This document shows positions 15,392-23,558 of a DNA stretch of 27,103 nucleotides, one piece after another. Below the pieces are notes generated by a model, which did no database searches, was not told the origin of the DNA, and saw only the letters and a list, made by a program, of their open reading frames with translations. Location: positions 1 through 27,103 of the forward strand of contig JAVYME010000014.1 in NCBI GenBank assembly GCA_038736825.1. The letters run 5' to 3'. The stretch's first letter is position 1. Every line of letters begins with the position of its first letter. Source of the stretch: Candidatus Iainarchaeum sp. GTDB lineage: Archaea; Iainarchaeota; Iainarchaeia; Iainarchaeales; DTGL01. The translations under genes were made by a program, and so were the position numbers.

Positions 15392-15763
15392 TTACCTCTT
15401 GAACAACGCTAAAAAAAGGCAGACAAATATCAATAATTCCACAACTGTGCCGCCAGCCCAGCTGAAAAACCTGCCAGGACTAAAGTAAAGGTCAATCACA
15501 GCCAAAAGCCATTTCAAGAAAAAGAAAACAAATGCAAGCGCGACAAAAAAAAATCTTTTCTCTTTTTTCCTAGTCCAAGCCATCACAGACAAAAACATTA
15601 AAATTGTTGCAAGAACAAAAACAATCCAGGTTGTAAAAAAATTCAATGATTCTGCAAGGCTGTTCAAAGGCCTTAAAAAATCCCAAGGCTGACCTTCAGC
15701 GAAAACAAAACTGAAATTGAAAAACAGCATTAAAACCAAAACCAAAGCCAAATACTTTTTCAC
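15392..15763 (-). CDS. Small membrane protein (signal peptide plus about 3 TM helices), hypothetical
   Basis: GTG start at 15763 preceded by a strong SD. MKKYLALVLVLMLFFNFSFVFA looks like a signal peptide, followed by hydrophobic helices. It ends 4 nt before the regulator gene. Confidence 0.6.
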   Translation of the reverse strand: MKKYLALVLVLMLFFNFSFVFAEGQPWDFLRPLNSLAESLNFFTTWIVFVLATILMFLSVMAWTRKKEKRFFFVALAFVFFFLKWLLAVIDLYFSPGRFFSWAGGTVVELLIFVCLFLALFKR

Positions 15764-15768
15764 TGGAA

Positions 15769-15775
15769 CCCCTCC
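15769..15775 (-). promoter_or_regulatory. Shine-Dalgarno GGAGGGG upstream of GTG 15763
   Basis: The plus strand reads cccctcc at 15769-15775, leaving a 5-nt spacer to the start codon. Confidence 0.45.
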
Positions 15776-16002
15776 AAAAAATTAAAAATACAACATAACC
15801 ATTGAAATGGGAAAAAAATAAAAAACCGTCAAAATTGCTGCAAATATTGCAAAAAACTAAAATAAAAAAGAGGGTGCAAGAGGTGAAACAAAACCATTGC
15901 ACCAAAAAGAAAGATTAGTCCTCAATAATAACTGCTATTTTGCTTTATAAAGGGCTTCTGGTACAGTGGCAGAATAATACAAAAATCGAATCCGCGCTCC
16001 GC

Positions 16003-16608
16003 TCAGCCTTTTTTTACTATGAGCTCTGTTTTTAAACGGTAAGGGCTAACCTTGCACATTTTTGGCGGCAGGATTATTTGTTTGTGCTTTACTTTGTCAA
16101 TGAATTCTGCAATATACTCCAAAGAGTCTCCTGAAACCATCCAGTTTTTTTTGTCAAAACGTGACAGGTTTATTGGCATGGAGAACTCCCTCAAGGTTTT
16201 CTCGCAAGAATAATTAAAGTATTGCTCGAAATAAGACATCACTAGCTCGCGAATTGAAGCATAAACCGGTTCCCTGAACTTCAACCCAGAAAACTTGGAC
16301 TGGCCTATTGCACCCCATTTGCCGTTTGTTCTGAAGACTGCAAGAACATGGTCGTCATCCCTTATTGCGCGCAAATCCACAACCAGTGGCGGAAAGCCTT
16401 GAAGGCGGAGCGCTGCAGCTGCAAAAAGCGCTCCCTCAAAACAGTGGGCTTTTTTGTGCTGCAAAACCAGTTTTGGCGAATAATAGGTTTCTCCATTTTT
16501 TTCAAGATTGTAAGCGATTTTGTTGTCCAAAAAGGACTGTATTTTTCCAGGAGTGCCAAGCTGTTTTAGGACAAAAAGTTCTTTTTTTGAAAAGCCGAAA
16601 TTCTGCAT
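16003..16608 (-). CDS. Transglutaminase/papain-like fold protein (putative Cys-His hydrolase), hypothetical
   Basis: KAHCFEGALFAAAALRLQGFP followed about 25 aa later by DDDHVLAVFRTNGKWGAIG. The Cys-helix then His-strand spacing is typical of transglutaminase-like cores. The third catalytic residue is not obvious. Confidence 0.5.
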   Translation of the reverse strand: MQNFGFSKKELFVLKQLGTPGKIQSFLDNKIAYNLEKNGETYYSPKLVLQHKKAHCFEGALFAAAALRLQGFPPLVVDLRAIRDDDHVLAVFRTNGKWGAIGQSKFSGLKFREPVYASIRELVMSYFEQYFNYSCEKTLREFSMPINLSRFDKKNWMVSGDSLEYIAEFIDKVKHKQIILPPKMCKVSPYRLKTELIVKKG

Positions 16609-16648
16609 TCACAAAAGATTGCCGGAAAAAAATTAAAATATTTTAGTA

Positions 16649-17941
16649 TTAAGGATAGTATCTGTTCATTGTTCTCGGGAACGGGATTACGTCTCTTATG
16701 TGTCCTGTTTTGGCAAGCCAGGAAGTCAACCTATCCAAGCCCAAACCAAATCCAGCGTGAGGTACGCTGCCATATCTTCTCAAATCAATGTACCACTGGT
16801 AAGGTTTTTGGTCTAGGCCTTGCTCTTCCATCCGGCTGGTTATCTCTTCCAGTTTCCAGGTGCGCTCTCCTGAGCCTATTATTTCGCCATAGCCTTCTGG
16901 GGCAAGCACGTCATTGCATAGAACATAATTTGGGTTTTCAGGGTCTGGGCGGTGGTAAAATGGCTTGAGAGAGGCAGGATAATGTGTTACAATCAAGGGA
17001 GTGTCCATTTTTCTTGTGATTTCTCTTTCTTCTTTTTCTCCAAAGTCCGCTCCTGATTTTAAGTGGGGAAATTTCTTTTTGGCTATTTCAAGAACTTCAT
17101 CATAGCGCATTCTCTGGAATTTTTTTTCTATTGTTGGGGCAAGCTCTTCAGGGTTTCTGCCCAAGGCTTTGAGTTCTTTTTCTCTTTTATTCACTACTGC
17201 TTGCGCTATGTGCTTTATCATTGCTTCTTCAAAGTCAATGATTTCCTTCAAGCCAACCCATGGCAGTTCCACTTCCGCATGCCAAAATTCGGTTAAATGC
17301 CTTGTAGTCTTGCTTTTTTCAGCCCTAAAAGAGGGGGCAATCGTGTAAACGTTTCCAAGAGAGTACATTAATACCTCTAAATAAAACTGCGAGCTTTGGG
17401 TTAGAAAAACTGTTTTGTCAAAGTATGGCACTTTAAAGAGGGTCATTGCTCCCTCCACCATGCCGCCGACAAACATTGGGCCTTGCACTTCAATGCAGTC
17501 TTGCAGTTTCATGAACTCGCGGAATGCCTCGAAGACTGTTGCACGAACCTTGAAGGCATCGCGCATTTTGGAACTGCGAACCCATAAGTGCCTTACGTCA
17601 AGCAAATACTCTGTGGAAAAGTCTTTTTGGATTGGAAATTCTTCTGCAAGACCGACAATTTCAATAAAAGAAACCTTTAATTCGACTCCACTGGGCGCTC
17701 TTTCATCTGCGTGCAGTTCTCCTTTGAAATAAACACTGGATTCAATTGTGGCTTTCAAGCAGTCTTCTTTGGTTTTTTTGTCCAGCTTTTCCAAGTCTGC
17801 AACGCATTGCAGTTCTCCTGTTTCATCTCTCAACAAAAAGAACATTTTTCCCTTTAGCTCTCGCTTTCTCTTTATCCAGCCCCGAGTGAAAAACGACCCT
17901 TTTTTCTGGGAGAAGGCTTTTTCTATTTTCATTAAATCCAT
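16649..17941 (-). CDS. asnS: Asparagine--tRNA ligase
   Basis: N-terminal OB fold (TRGWIKRKRELKGKMFFLLRDETGELQCV), motif 2 FRAEKSKTTRHLTEFWHAEVE, PEGYGEIIGSGER, and motif 3 GFGLGLDRLTSWL...FPR. The start is ATG 17941 (MDLMKIEKAF). The alternative ATG 17989 forms an ATGA overlap with the upstream aaRS-like ORF. Confidence 0.9.
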   Translation of the reverse strand: MDLMKIEKAFSQKKGSFFTRGWIKRKRELKGKMFFLLRDETGELQCVADLEKLDKKTKEDCLKATIESSVYFKGELHADERAPSGVELKVSFIEIVGLAEEFPIQKDFSTEYLLDVRHLWVRSSKMRDAFKVRATVFEAFREFMKLQDCIEVQGPMFVGGMVEGAMTLFKVPYFDKTVFLTQSSQFYLEVLMYSLGNVYTIAPSFRAEKSKTTRHLTEFWHAEVELPWVGLKEIIDFEEAMIKHIAQAVVNKREKELKALGRNPEELAPTIEKKFQRMRYDEVLEIAKKKFPHLKSGADFGEKEEREITRKMDTPLIVTHYPASLKPFYHRPDPENPNYVLCNDVLAPEGYGEIIGSGERTWKLEEITSRMEEQGLDQKPYQWYIDLRRYGSVPHAGFGLGLDRLTSWLAKTGHIRDVIPFPRTMNRYYP

Positions 17942-17985
17942 GCTAACCACTTTTATTGAATATTCAACAGAAACCCTTTTAACAT

Positions 17986-18516
17986 TCATGGGGAGTGAAT
18001 GCCTGGCACTTTTGGAAAGGAAGCCGCTTGCCATACATAGTCAAGCCCGCAAAGGAATCTTATGAATCTTTCAATGCCCATTCCAAATCCTGCTGAAGGC
18101 GGCACTCCGGCTTCAAGCATTTCAAAATACCAGTTAAAGTGTTCTGGGTTGAGGTTTGTTTCAATCATTCTTGCCTTGACTTTTTCTGGAATGAACTCTC
18201 TTTCACTGCCAGAAATTGATTCTCCAAAGCCTTCTGGATAAATCAAATCAAAGTCCACTAAAAGGCCGTTTTCGCTTTTGCGGTCATAAAAGCCCCGTGA
18301 TTTTGGTGGAAAATCGTAAATCCAGAAAAAACCGCCTAGTTTTTCGGATAAAAATTTTTCAGCATTCCAGTCTAATTCCTTTAAGGCATCGTTTTTTGTC
18401 CCGCTTTCTTCAGCCAGCAATAGTGCTTCAGAGTGGGAAATTCTCTTGAAAGGGGTTTTTGGAACTTTTAGTTTTCTTTCAAGCAGTTTAAGTTCTTGCT
18501 TGCATTCCTTTTTCAC
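17986..18516 (-). pseudogene. AsnRS/AspRS-like class IIb aaRS catalytic-core C-terminal half (motif 3 present; motifs 1 and 2 and the anticodon-binding domain absent). The ORF stays open up to GTG 18639.
   Basis: FKRISHSEALLLA...WIYDFPPKSRGFY...DLIYPEGFGESISGSEREF...NWYFEMLEAGVPPSAGFGMGIERFIRFL...FPKVPGIHSP is collinear with the C-terminal roughly 175 aa of asnS in this window. There is no room upstream for the missing half, since the suhB stop is at 18662. The usually conserved PH-G and FPR positions are changed to PS-G and FPK. Confidence 0.55.
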
Positions 18517-18673
18517 TGTTGCAATTGTCACCGGCGAACTCGACCTAATAATAAGAGCACGATTCAAGTCAGTTGCTGCACTAAACAAGTTCATCACCGG
18601 CGAGCTAAGAAACATGAAAGGAATAGACAAAACTGTCACATCAATAGTGCTGGAAGAAATCTCACAACCCTAA
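18515..18673 (+). pseudogene. AsnC/Lrp-family RAM (ligand-binding) domain C-terminal half; no HTH and no first beta-alpha unit
   Basis: TVAIVTGELDLIIRARFKSVAALNKFITGELRNMKGIDKTVTSIVLEEISQP aligns position by position with the Lrp/AsnC C-terminus pattern (V-[ST]-G-x-x-D-[YL]-x-[LI]-x-x-R ... L-x-x-[FL] ... L-x-x-x-x-G-[IV] ... T-x-[TS]-x-[IV]-V-[LM]-E-E-[IV]). Upstream in-frame residues are antisense to the aaRS fragment and are not Lrp-like. Confidence 0.45.
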
Positions 18674-19435
18674 AATGCCAAGAAATTCCTTATGCCTTCT
18701 TCCATTTGTGGCAATTAAAACCTTTTTGCTAATTTCCCACAAATTGCCTTTTTCATCTGTTGCAGTGCCGCCTGCCTCTCGAACAATAAGCGCTCCGGCA
18801 GCACCATCCCATGGAAAAACATTGAAGTGCACAAAAGCATCAACTCTGCCAGTTGCAAGCCAGCACAAGTCGAGCTCGCTCGCACCAAACATTCTCACAG
18901 AACGCACTAAAGGGTAAAGCCTGAGAAAACGCTCTTGCCTTTGCAACCATGGCTCGCCTGGAAGGCCTGCCCGAATTGAGGTAATGCAAATAAATTCACG
19001 CAATTCTGTTTTTTTGGAAACCATTATCCTTTTTCCATTGAGAAAAGCCCCTTTTCCCTTTTCTGCAACAAACAATTCCTTTCTTAAAGGGTCAAAAACT
19101 ATTCCGCTTACAGTCAAGCCATTTTTTTGAAGCGCAATGGCAGTGCAAAAATATGGGATTCCTGCAATGAAATTGTTTGTGCCATCAATCGGGTCAACAA
19201 TCCATTTGCAGTCCGCCACGCCGGTTTCCCCGGATTCCTCTGCAAGAAAACCATAATCCGGAAATTTTTTTGAAAGAAAGGAAACAATTGCATTTTCAAC
19301 CAAAACATCGGTTTTTGTGACAAGATCCGAATGCGAGGATTTCTCCTTGAAAGCCATGTTTTTTCTTAAAGACTTGACTGCAATAGAGCCTGCTCTTTTT
19401 GCAGCAACAATTGCTGCCTTGGTTTCCCGCATCAT
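18662..19435 (-). CDS. suhB: Inositol monophosphatase family protein (archaeal IMPase/FBPase type)
   Basis: FLAEESG, WIVDPIDGTNNF, and WDGAAGALIVREAGG motifs. Confidence 0.85.
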   Translation of the reverse strand: MMRETKAAIVAAKRAGSIAVKSLRKNMAFKEKSSHSDLVTKTDVLVENAIVSFLSKKFPDYGFLAEESGETGVADCKWIVDPIDGTNNFIAGIPYFCTAIALQKNGLTVSGIVFDPLRKELFVAEKGKGAFLNGKRIMVSKKTELREFICITSIRAGLPGEPWLQRQERFLRLYPLVRSVRMFGASELDLCWLATGRVDAFVHFNVFPWDGAAGALIVREAGGTATDEKGNLWEISKKVLIATNGRRHKEFLGILGL

Positions 19436-19438
19436 GCC

Positions 19439-20191
19439 TTACACCTTTACTTCCATCAAGTCTTGTGCAAGCAATATTTCTCCGCCAAAGTTTTTTTTCA
19501 CAGCTCCAATGATGTCAGAGCATTCAACCATGGGATAAAAATGGCTTAAAAGCAGCCTTTTTGGTTTTGCCCTTCCTGCAATCAATCCGCACTCTTCAGG
19601 CGTTAAATGGCTGTGCCCTTTCAATTCATTGGGCAAAGAGCACTCCAAAACTAAAAGGTCAGCGCTCTCGGCAATGCTTAAAATTGCATCACAATAAGCA
19701 GTGTCTCCTGAAAAAACAATGCTTTTTCCGTCAGCCTCAAACCGGTAAGCCAGTGTTTCCACGGCATGCTTTACAGGCCGGCTTTTAACTGTAAAGGCAA
19801 AATGCTTTATTCTTGAAACCCCCAGCTCTGTCACTTTCAATCCAAAATCAAGGCTTGAAATCATTGGAAACGCCTTTTTGCAGTTTTCAAAAAACTCTGC
19901 CGTGCCTTTTGGGCCAAACAAGTTGAACTGGCTTTTGTCAAATTCTTGCCCGAAAAATCTCAAGTGCTTTTTGTAGGCAAGCAATGACACGAGGTCTATT
20001 GCGTGGTCTGGGTGGGCGTGAGTGAGAAAGAGCGAGAAGATTTTGTCAGGGTCCTGCACTTTTTTGAGCTGGCTTAAAGCGCTGTTCCCGAAATCAATCA
20101 GTGCTTTTGAATCAGCGTGTTCTAACAGGTATGCGGCTGCATTCCTTTCCCTTGAAAGAATGGTTCCAGAGCCTAAAACAGTCAATTTCAT
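19439..20191 (-). CDS. MBL-fold metallo-hydrolase (RNase Z / PhnP-like short form)
   Basis: MKLTVLGSGT..., HxHxDH motif LTHAHPDH, and later SGDT and SH motifs. ATG 20191 is preferred over the track start 20239, which would overlap aspS. Confidence 0.8.
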   Translation of the reverse strand: MKLTVLGSGTILSRERNAAAYLLEHADSKALIDFGNSALSQLKKVQDPDKIFSLFLTHAHPDHAIDLVSLLAYKKHLRFFGQEFDKSQFNLFGPKGTAEFFENCKKAFPMISSLDFGLKVTELGVSRIKHFAFTVKSRPVKHAVETLAYRFEADGKSIVFSGDTAYCDAILSIAESADLLVLECSLPNELKGHSHLTPEECGLIAGRAKPKRLLLSHFYPMVECSDIIGAVKKNFGGEILLAQDLMEVKV

Positions 20192-20196
20192 AAAAA

Positions 20197-21516
20197 TCAA
20201 GGGGTTATTCTTTCCGGATCTCTTGGAAGCAAAATGCATTCCCTAATGTTTGACAAGCCCAAAAGGCATTCTGTTATTCTGTCAAGGCCAAGCCCTGTTC
20301 CGCCGTGTGGAGGGCAACCGTACCGGAAAATTTCAGCGTAGGGTGCCATTTGTTTGTCCAAGTCAATGCCTTTTTCAAATGCTTGTTTTTTTAGGACAGC
20401 ATATCTGTGCTCTCTTTGCGCTCCTGTTGCGATTTCAACACCATTCCAGATAAGGTCAAAGCTTTTGGAAATATTTGGTTTGCCTTCAGGTTTCATGTGA
20501 TAAAAGGGTCTGACAGCAAAAGGGTATTCGTAAACAAAAACAAACTCGGAGTGGAATTTTTCTTTTACAAGGCTTGCAAGGACTTGCTGTTCTTCTGCGC
20601 CCAAGTCATCGTCTTCGCTTAAAACATAGCCTTTGGCTGCAAGCATTTTTTTGGCTTCTTCCATTTTTATGCGAGGCATTTTTACTGGCACTGATATTTC
20701 TTTTTTCAAGACAGCCAGTTCTTCACCGCACTCGTCTTTTACGCTTTTCAAAATGTGTCTCATTAAGCCTTCCACTGTGTCCATTACATCGTGCTCTGAT
20801 TCAATGAATCCTTGCTCGAAATCTATTCCGATAAATTCTGTCAAGTGTTGTGCGGTGTGTGATTTTTCAGCGCGATAGACTGGTGCAATCTCGTAAACCC
20901 GTTCAAATGCAGCCGGCCCGAACATTTGCTTGTAAACCTGTGGAGACTGTGCAAGAAAGGCTTTTTTTTCAAAATATTTGACTTCAAATAGTTCTGCGCC
21001 TGTTTCAACTCCAATTGTTGTCAGTTTTGGAGTGTTGATGTTCACAAAGCCGTTTTCGTCAAAGAATTCCACTGTTGCCCTGAAAATCTTTGACCTTATT
21101 GTGAAAATGGCATTGCTTTTTTTGTTTCTTACATCCAAAAAGCGGTGGTCTAGGCGAACGCTTAAATCGGATTCTATTTTGCCGCTTGTATCTATTGGTG
21201 TTGGGGCTTCTGCAAGGGAAACAATTTCAAGGGTTTCAGGTATTACTTCAGCCCCCATTAAGGCTTTGTCTGACTTTTTTGCAATTCCTTTAACATAGAT
21301 TACGGATTCCTTTGTGATTTTATCCACAGAATCAAAAACCTCTTTTTTAACCTCTTTTTTTGGCAATGTTATCTGGATTGTGCCTGAACGGTCCTTTAAA
21401 ATAATGAATTTGAGGCCGCCAAAGGTTCTGGTTTCCTGCACCCAGCCTTGCAAAAGAACTGGTTTGTTGGCATGCCCAGCCACTTCTGCTGCAAAAACCC
21501 TTTTCACAAACAGCAC
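20197..21516 (-). CDS. aspS: Aspartate--tRNA ligase, archaeal/eukaryal short type
   Basis: OB fold (LLQGWVQETRTFGGLKFIILKDRSGTIQ), motif 2 YRAEKSHTAQHLTEFIGIDFE, motif 3 GTGLGLDRITECL, and a C-terminal LPRDPERITP. At 439 aa it lacks the bacterial insertion domain. GTG start lies 1 nt after the upstream gene's stop. Confidence 0.9.
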   Translation of the reverse strand: MLFVKRVFAAEVAGHANKPVLLQGWVQETRTFGGLKFIILKDRSGTIQITLPKKEVKKEVFDSVDKITKESVIYVKGIAKKSDKALMGAEVIPETLEIVSLAEAPTPIDTSGKIESDLSVRLDHRFLDVRNKKSNAIFTIRSKIFRATVEFFDENGFVNINTPKLTTIGVETGAELFEVKYFEKKAFLAQSPQVYKQMFGPAAFERVYEIAPVYRAEKSHTAQHLTEFIGIDFEQGFIESEHDVMDTVEGLMRHILKSVKDECGEELAVLKKEISVPVKMPRIKMEEAKKMLAAKGYVLSEDDDLGAEEQQVLASLVKEKFHSEFVFVYEYPFAVRPFYHMKPEGKPNISKSFDLIWNGVEIATGAQREHRYAVLKKQAFEKGIDLDKQMAPYAEIFRYGCPPHGGTGLGLDRITECLLGLSNIRECILLPRDPERITP

Positions 21517-21517
21517 C

Positions 21518-22219
21518 TTATTGGATGTGAAACCAACAGTTTTTATTTATTGGGCATTCAGGGCACTTTGGCTTTGCTTTAGTGCAAAAACGCTTGCCGT
21601 GCTCCACTAAAAGGGCGTGGAATTCACTGAAGAGTTCAGCATCTTTTTCCAATCCAGCCTCAAAAAAAGCCTGTAATTCTACATAACTGCTGAATTTTTT
21701 TCCGTAAAACCGTTCAGCAATCCGTTTAGTGTAAGCATCAACCACAAAAACCGGCTTTCCACCAGCATATAAAATAATGCTGTCCGCTGTCTCTGGACCT
21801 ATTCCATGCAAAGACAAGAGCTCGCGGCGAAGTTGTGGCAAAGAAAGCGAAAGCATTTTTTCAATGCTGCCACCATAACTTTTTTTCAAGTGCGAAGCAA
21901 AAAATTTCACTTTTTTTGCTTTTTGATTGTAATAACCGCTGGGCTTCAAAAGCAAGGCAAGCCTTTTCTGGGGACATTCGCAAATTCCCTTAACAGAAAG
22001 CAGTCCTGCCTTATGCAAATTTGAAATTGCCTTTTCCACATTCTTCCAAGAAGTATTCTGTGTCAAAATCGCGCCAACAGAAATTTCAAATTTTTGTTTT
22101 TCAGAAAGACACTTTCTTGGCTCATAAGTTGGCTTAAGCGAGCCCTCGCTAGTGACAGGCCACCAGTTCTGCCCTCCATAAAACCCCAGCAGTTTTTCAA
22201 AAAGCTTTTTCTTTTCCAT
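21518..22219 (-). CDS. HhH-GPD superfamily DNA glycosylase, endonuclease III-related (COG2231-like) with a 4Fe-4S cluster loop
   Basis: NWWP...FEISVGAILTQNTSWKNVEKAI, helix-hairpin-helix LHGIGPETADSIILYA, VVDAYTKRI, and a Cys cluster C-x6-C-x2-C-x5-C (CTKAKPKCPECPINKNC). Confidence 0.85.
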   Translation of the reverse strand: MEKKKLFEKLLGFYGGQNWWPVTSEGSLKPTYEPRKCLSEKQKFEISVGAILTQNTSWKNVEKAISNLHKAGLLSVKGICECPQKRLALLLKPSGYYNQKAKKVKFFASHLKKSYGGSIEKMLSLSLPQLRRELLSLHGIGPETADSIILYAGGKPVFVVDAYTKRIAERFYGKKFSSYVELQAFFEAGLEKDAELFSEFHALLVEHGKRFCTKAKPKCPECPINKNCWFHIQ

Positions 22220-22273
22220 AAAAGAAAGTTGCCAGCAAAAGCGTTAAAAAAACAGTTTTTCAAACCAAAAAAA

Positions 22274-23314
22274 TCAATCAAAATCAATTAAGCACCTTTG
22301 CATTGCCTCATCCGCAGACAAAGGCCTTGCAGGAATGCCCAGTTTTCTTTTCACAGCGCGAGCGAATTCTGCACTATACCCGTGCATTGTCAAAACCTGT
22401 TTTGGGTTCGCTGCTTTAACATAACCAAGGAGTTGGTCAAAAGAAGAATGGTCTGAAAGGCAAAAAACTTTGTCAAAATGGCCATTGTAATGCCAGCCAG
22501 TTGCAATTGCGCTCGCAATCCTTTTTTTTGTGGAAAACTCTAGTGCTTGCAACAAGTGGGAATTGCAAAGAGATGGCGGCATTATCAAAACACTGCTCTC
22601 GGAAAGATTGTGGTTAAGCTTCAAGAATTCACCCAATCGCACTCCGTGAGCTTCATATACTTTGTTGTTCTCATAAATTTTTTCATGCACTATTGGCGCA
22701 ATTTTCAAGTAATGGTTGCTGAAAGCAGTTAACTCTTGCGCTTTTCCAACAGAATAGCCTGCAAGCACAACCAGTTTTTTCCTTGCAATCTGCCTCTCAC
22801 ACCATTCCTTCATTTCCGCATACACTTTTTCCCTGTCAGAAAACCTGAATCCAGGCAATCCAAAAGTTGCCTCAATAACAAGAATGTCACAATGCAACTG
22901 TTCCGCTCTCTTTGTCACAAGCGAATCCTGCATTTTGAAATCAGAAGTGACTGCAATTGTCTGGTCACCCTCTATCAAAACCTGCGAAGAACCAAGAATG
23001 TGCCCAGCATTGTGAAGAGAAAACTCAATGTTGTCCAATCGCTTCTTTTCCCCGAATTTCATTGCATGGGGCTTGCGCACTTTCTTGTAGTTTGCCTCTA
23101 TTAGGGCAAGGGTTTCCCTTGAACAATAAACTTCAGCGCCATTGCCAAAATTCACGTGATCTGAGTGAGCATGCGATACCACTATGCTTGCCGCCTTAGA
23201 GCCCTGCAAAGGATCTATTGCAAAATCAGCACTTCCAACACAAACCCCTTTTTCTTTGAAAACCTTCACAAAAACCGCCTTAAAACAAACAAGTAATGAA
23301 ACAATGAAAGCCAA
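22274..23314 (-). CDS. Short beta-CASP family MBL nuclease
   Basis: HxHxDH (VVSHAHSDHV), NAGHILGSS, VTSDF, beta-CASP motif A-like VIEATFG, and a C-terminal TMHGY. The TTG start at 23314 is uncertain. Confidence 0.75.
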   Translation of the reverse strand: MAFIVSLLVCFKAVFVKVFKEKGVCVGSADFAIDPLQGSKAASIVVSHAHSDHVNFGNGAEVYCSRETLALIEANYKKVRKPHAMKFGEKKRLDNIEFSLHNAGHILGSSQVLIEGDQTIAVTSDFKMQDSLVTKRAEQLHCDILVIEATFGLPGFRFSDREKVYAEMKEWCERQIARKKLVVLAGYSVGKAQELTAFSNHYLKIAPIVHEKIYENNKVYEAHGVRLGEFLKLNHNLSESSVLIMPPSLCNSHLLQALEFSTKKRIASAIATGWHYNGHFDKVFCLSDHSSFDQLLGYVKAANPKQVLTMHGYSAEFARAVKRKLGIPARPLSADEAMQRCLIDFD

Positions 23315-23522
23315 AAAATAAAAAGATATTCAAGGCTTTTCCTTTGGCTTATTCTTCAAGGGAAAAAAGACCGCCAGCCAAGCCAGTAAGCGCCCAAAAG
23401 AGCAATGAAACAAAGGGCATTTACTCAATCCGGAAAAAGACATAATAAAAACACCAAGCAATGTAAAGGACTGAAATGGCAATAAGCGCAAAGCCGAAAA
23501 CCATATATATTTTAATCGCCTA

Positions 23523-23529
23523 TTTATAT
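23523..23529 (+). promoter_or_regulatory. TATA-like box TTTATAT about 33 nt upstream of ATG 23559
   Basis: Position relative to the ATG. Confidence 0.3.
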
Positions 23530-23558
23530 CGGTTTTTTTCTTTAAAGGCGATGAATCA

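Noticed and set aside
15764-16002. 239-bp intergenic region as a possible ncRNA gene
   Set aside because: It is A-rich with only weak hairpins (a 7-bp stem at 15871-15901). The palindromic TTTATAAA at 15944-15951 could be a promoter, but no conserved RNA structure or motif is recognisable.
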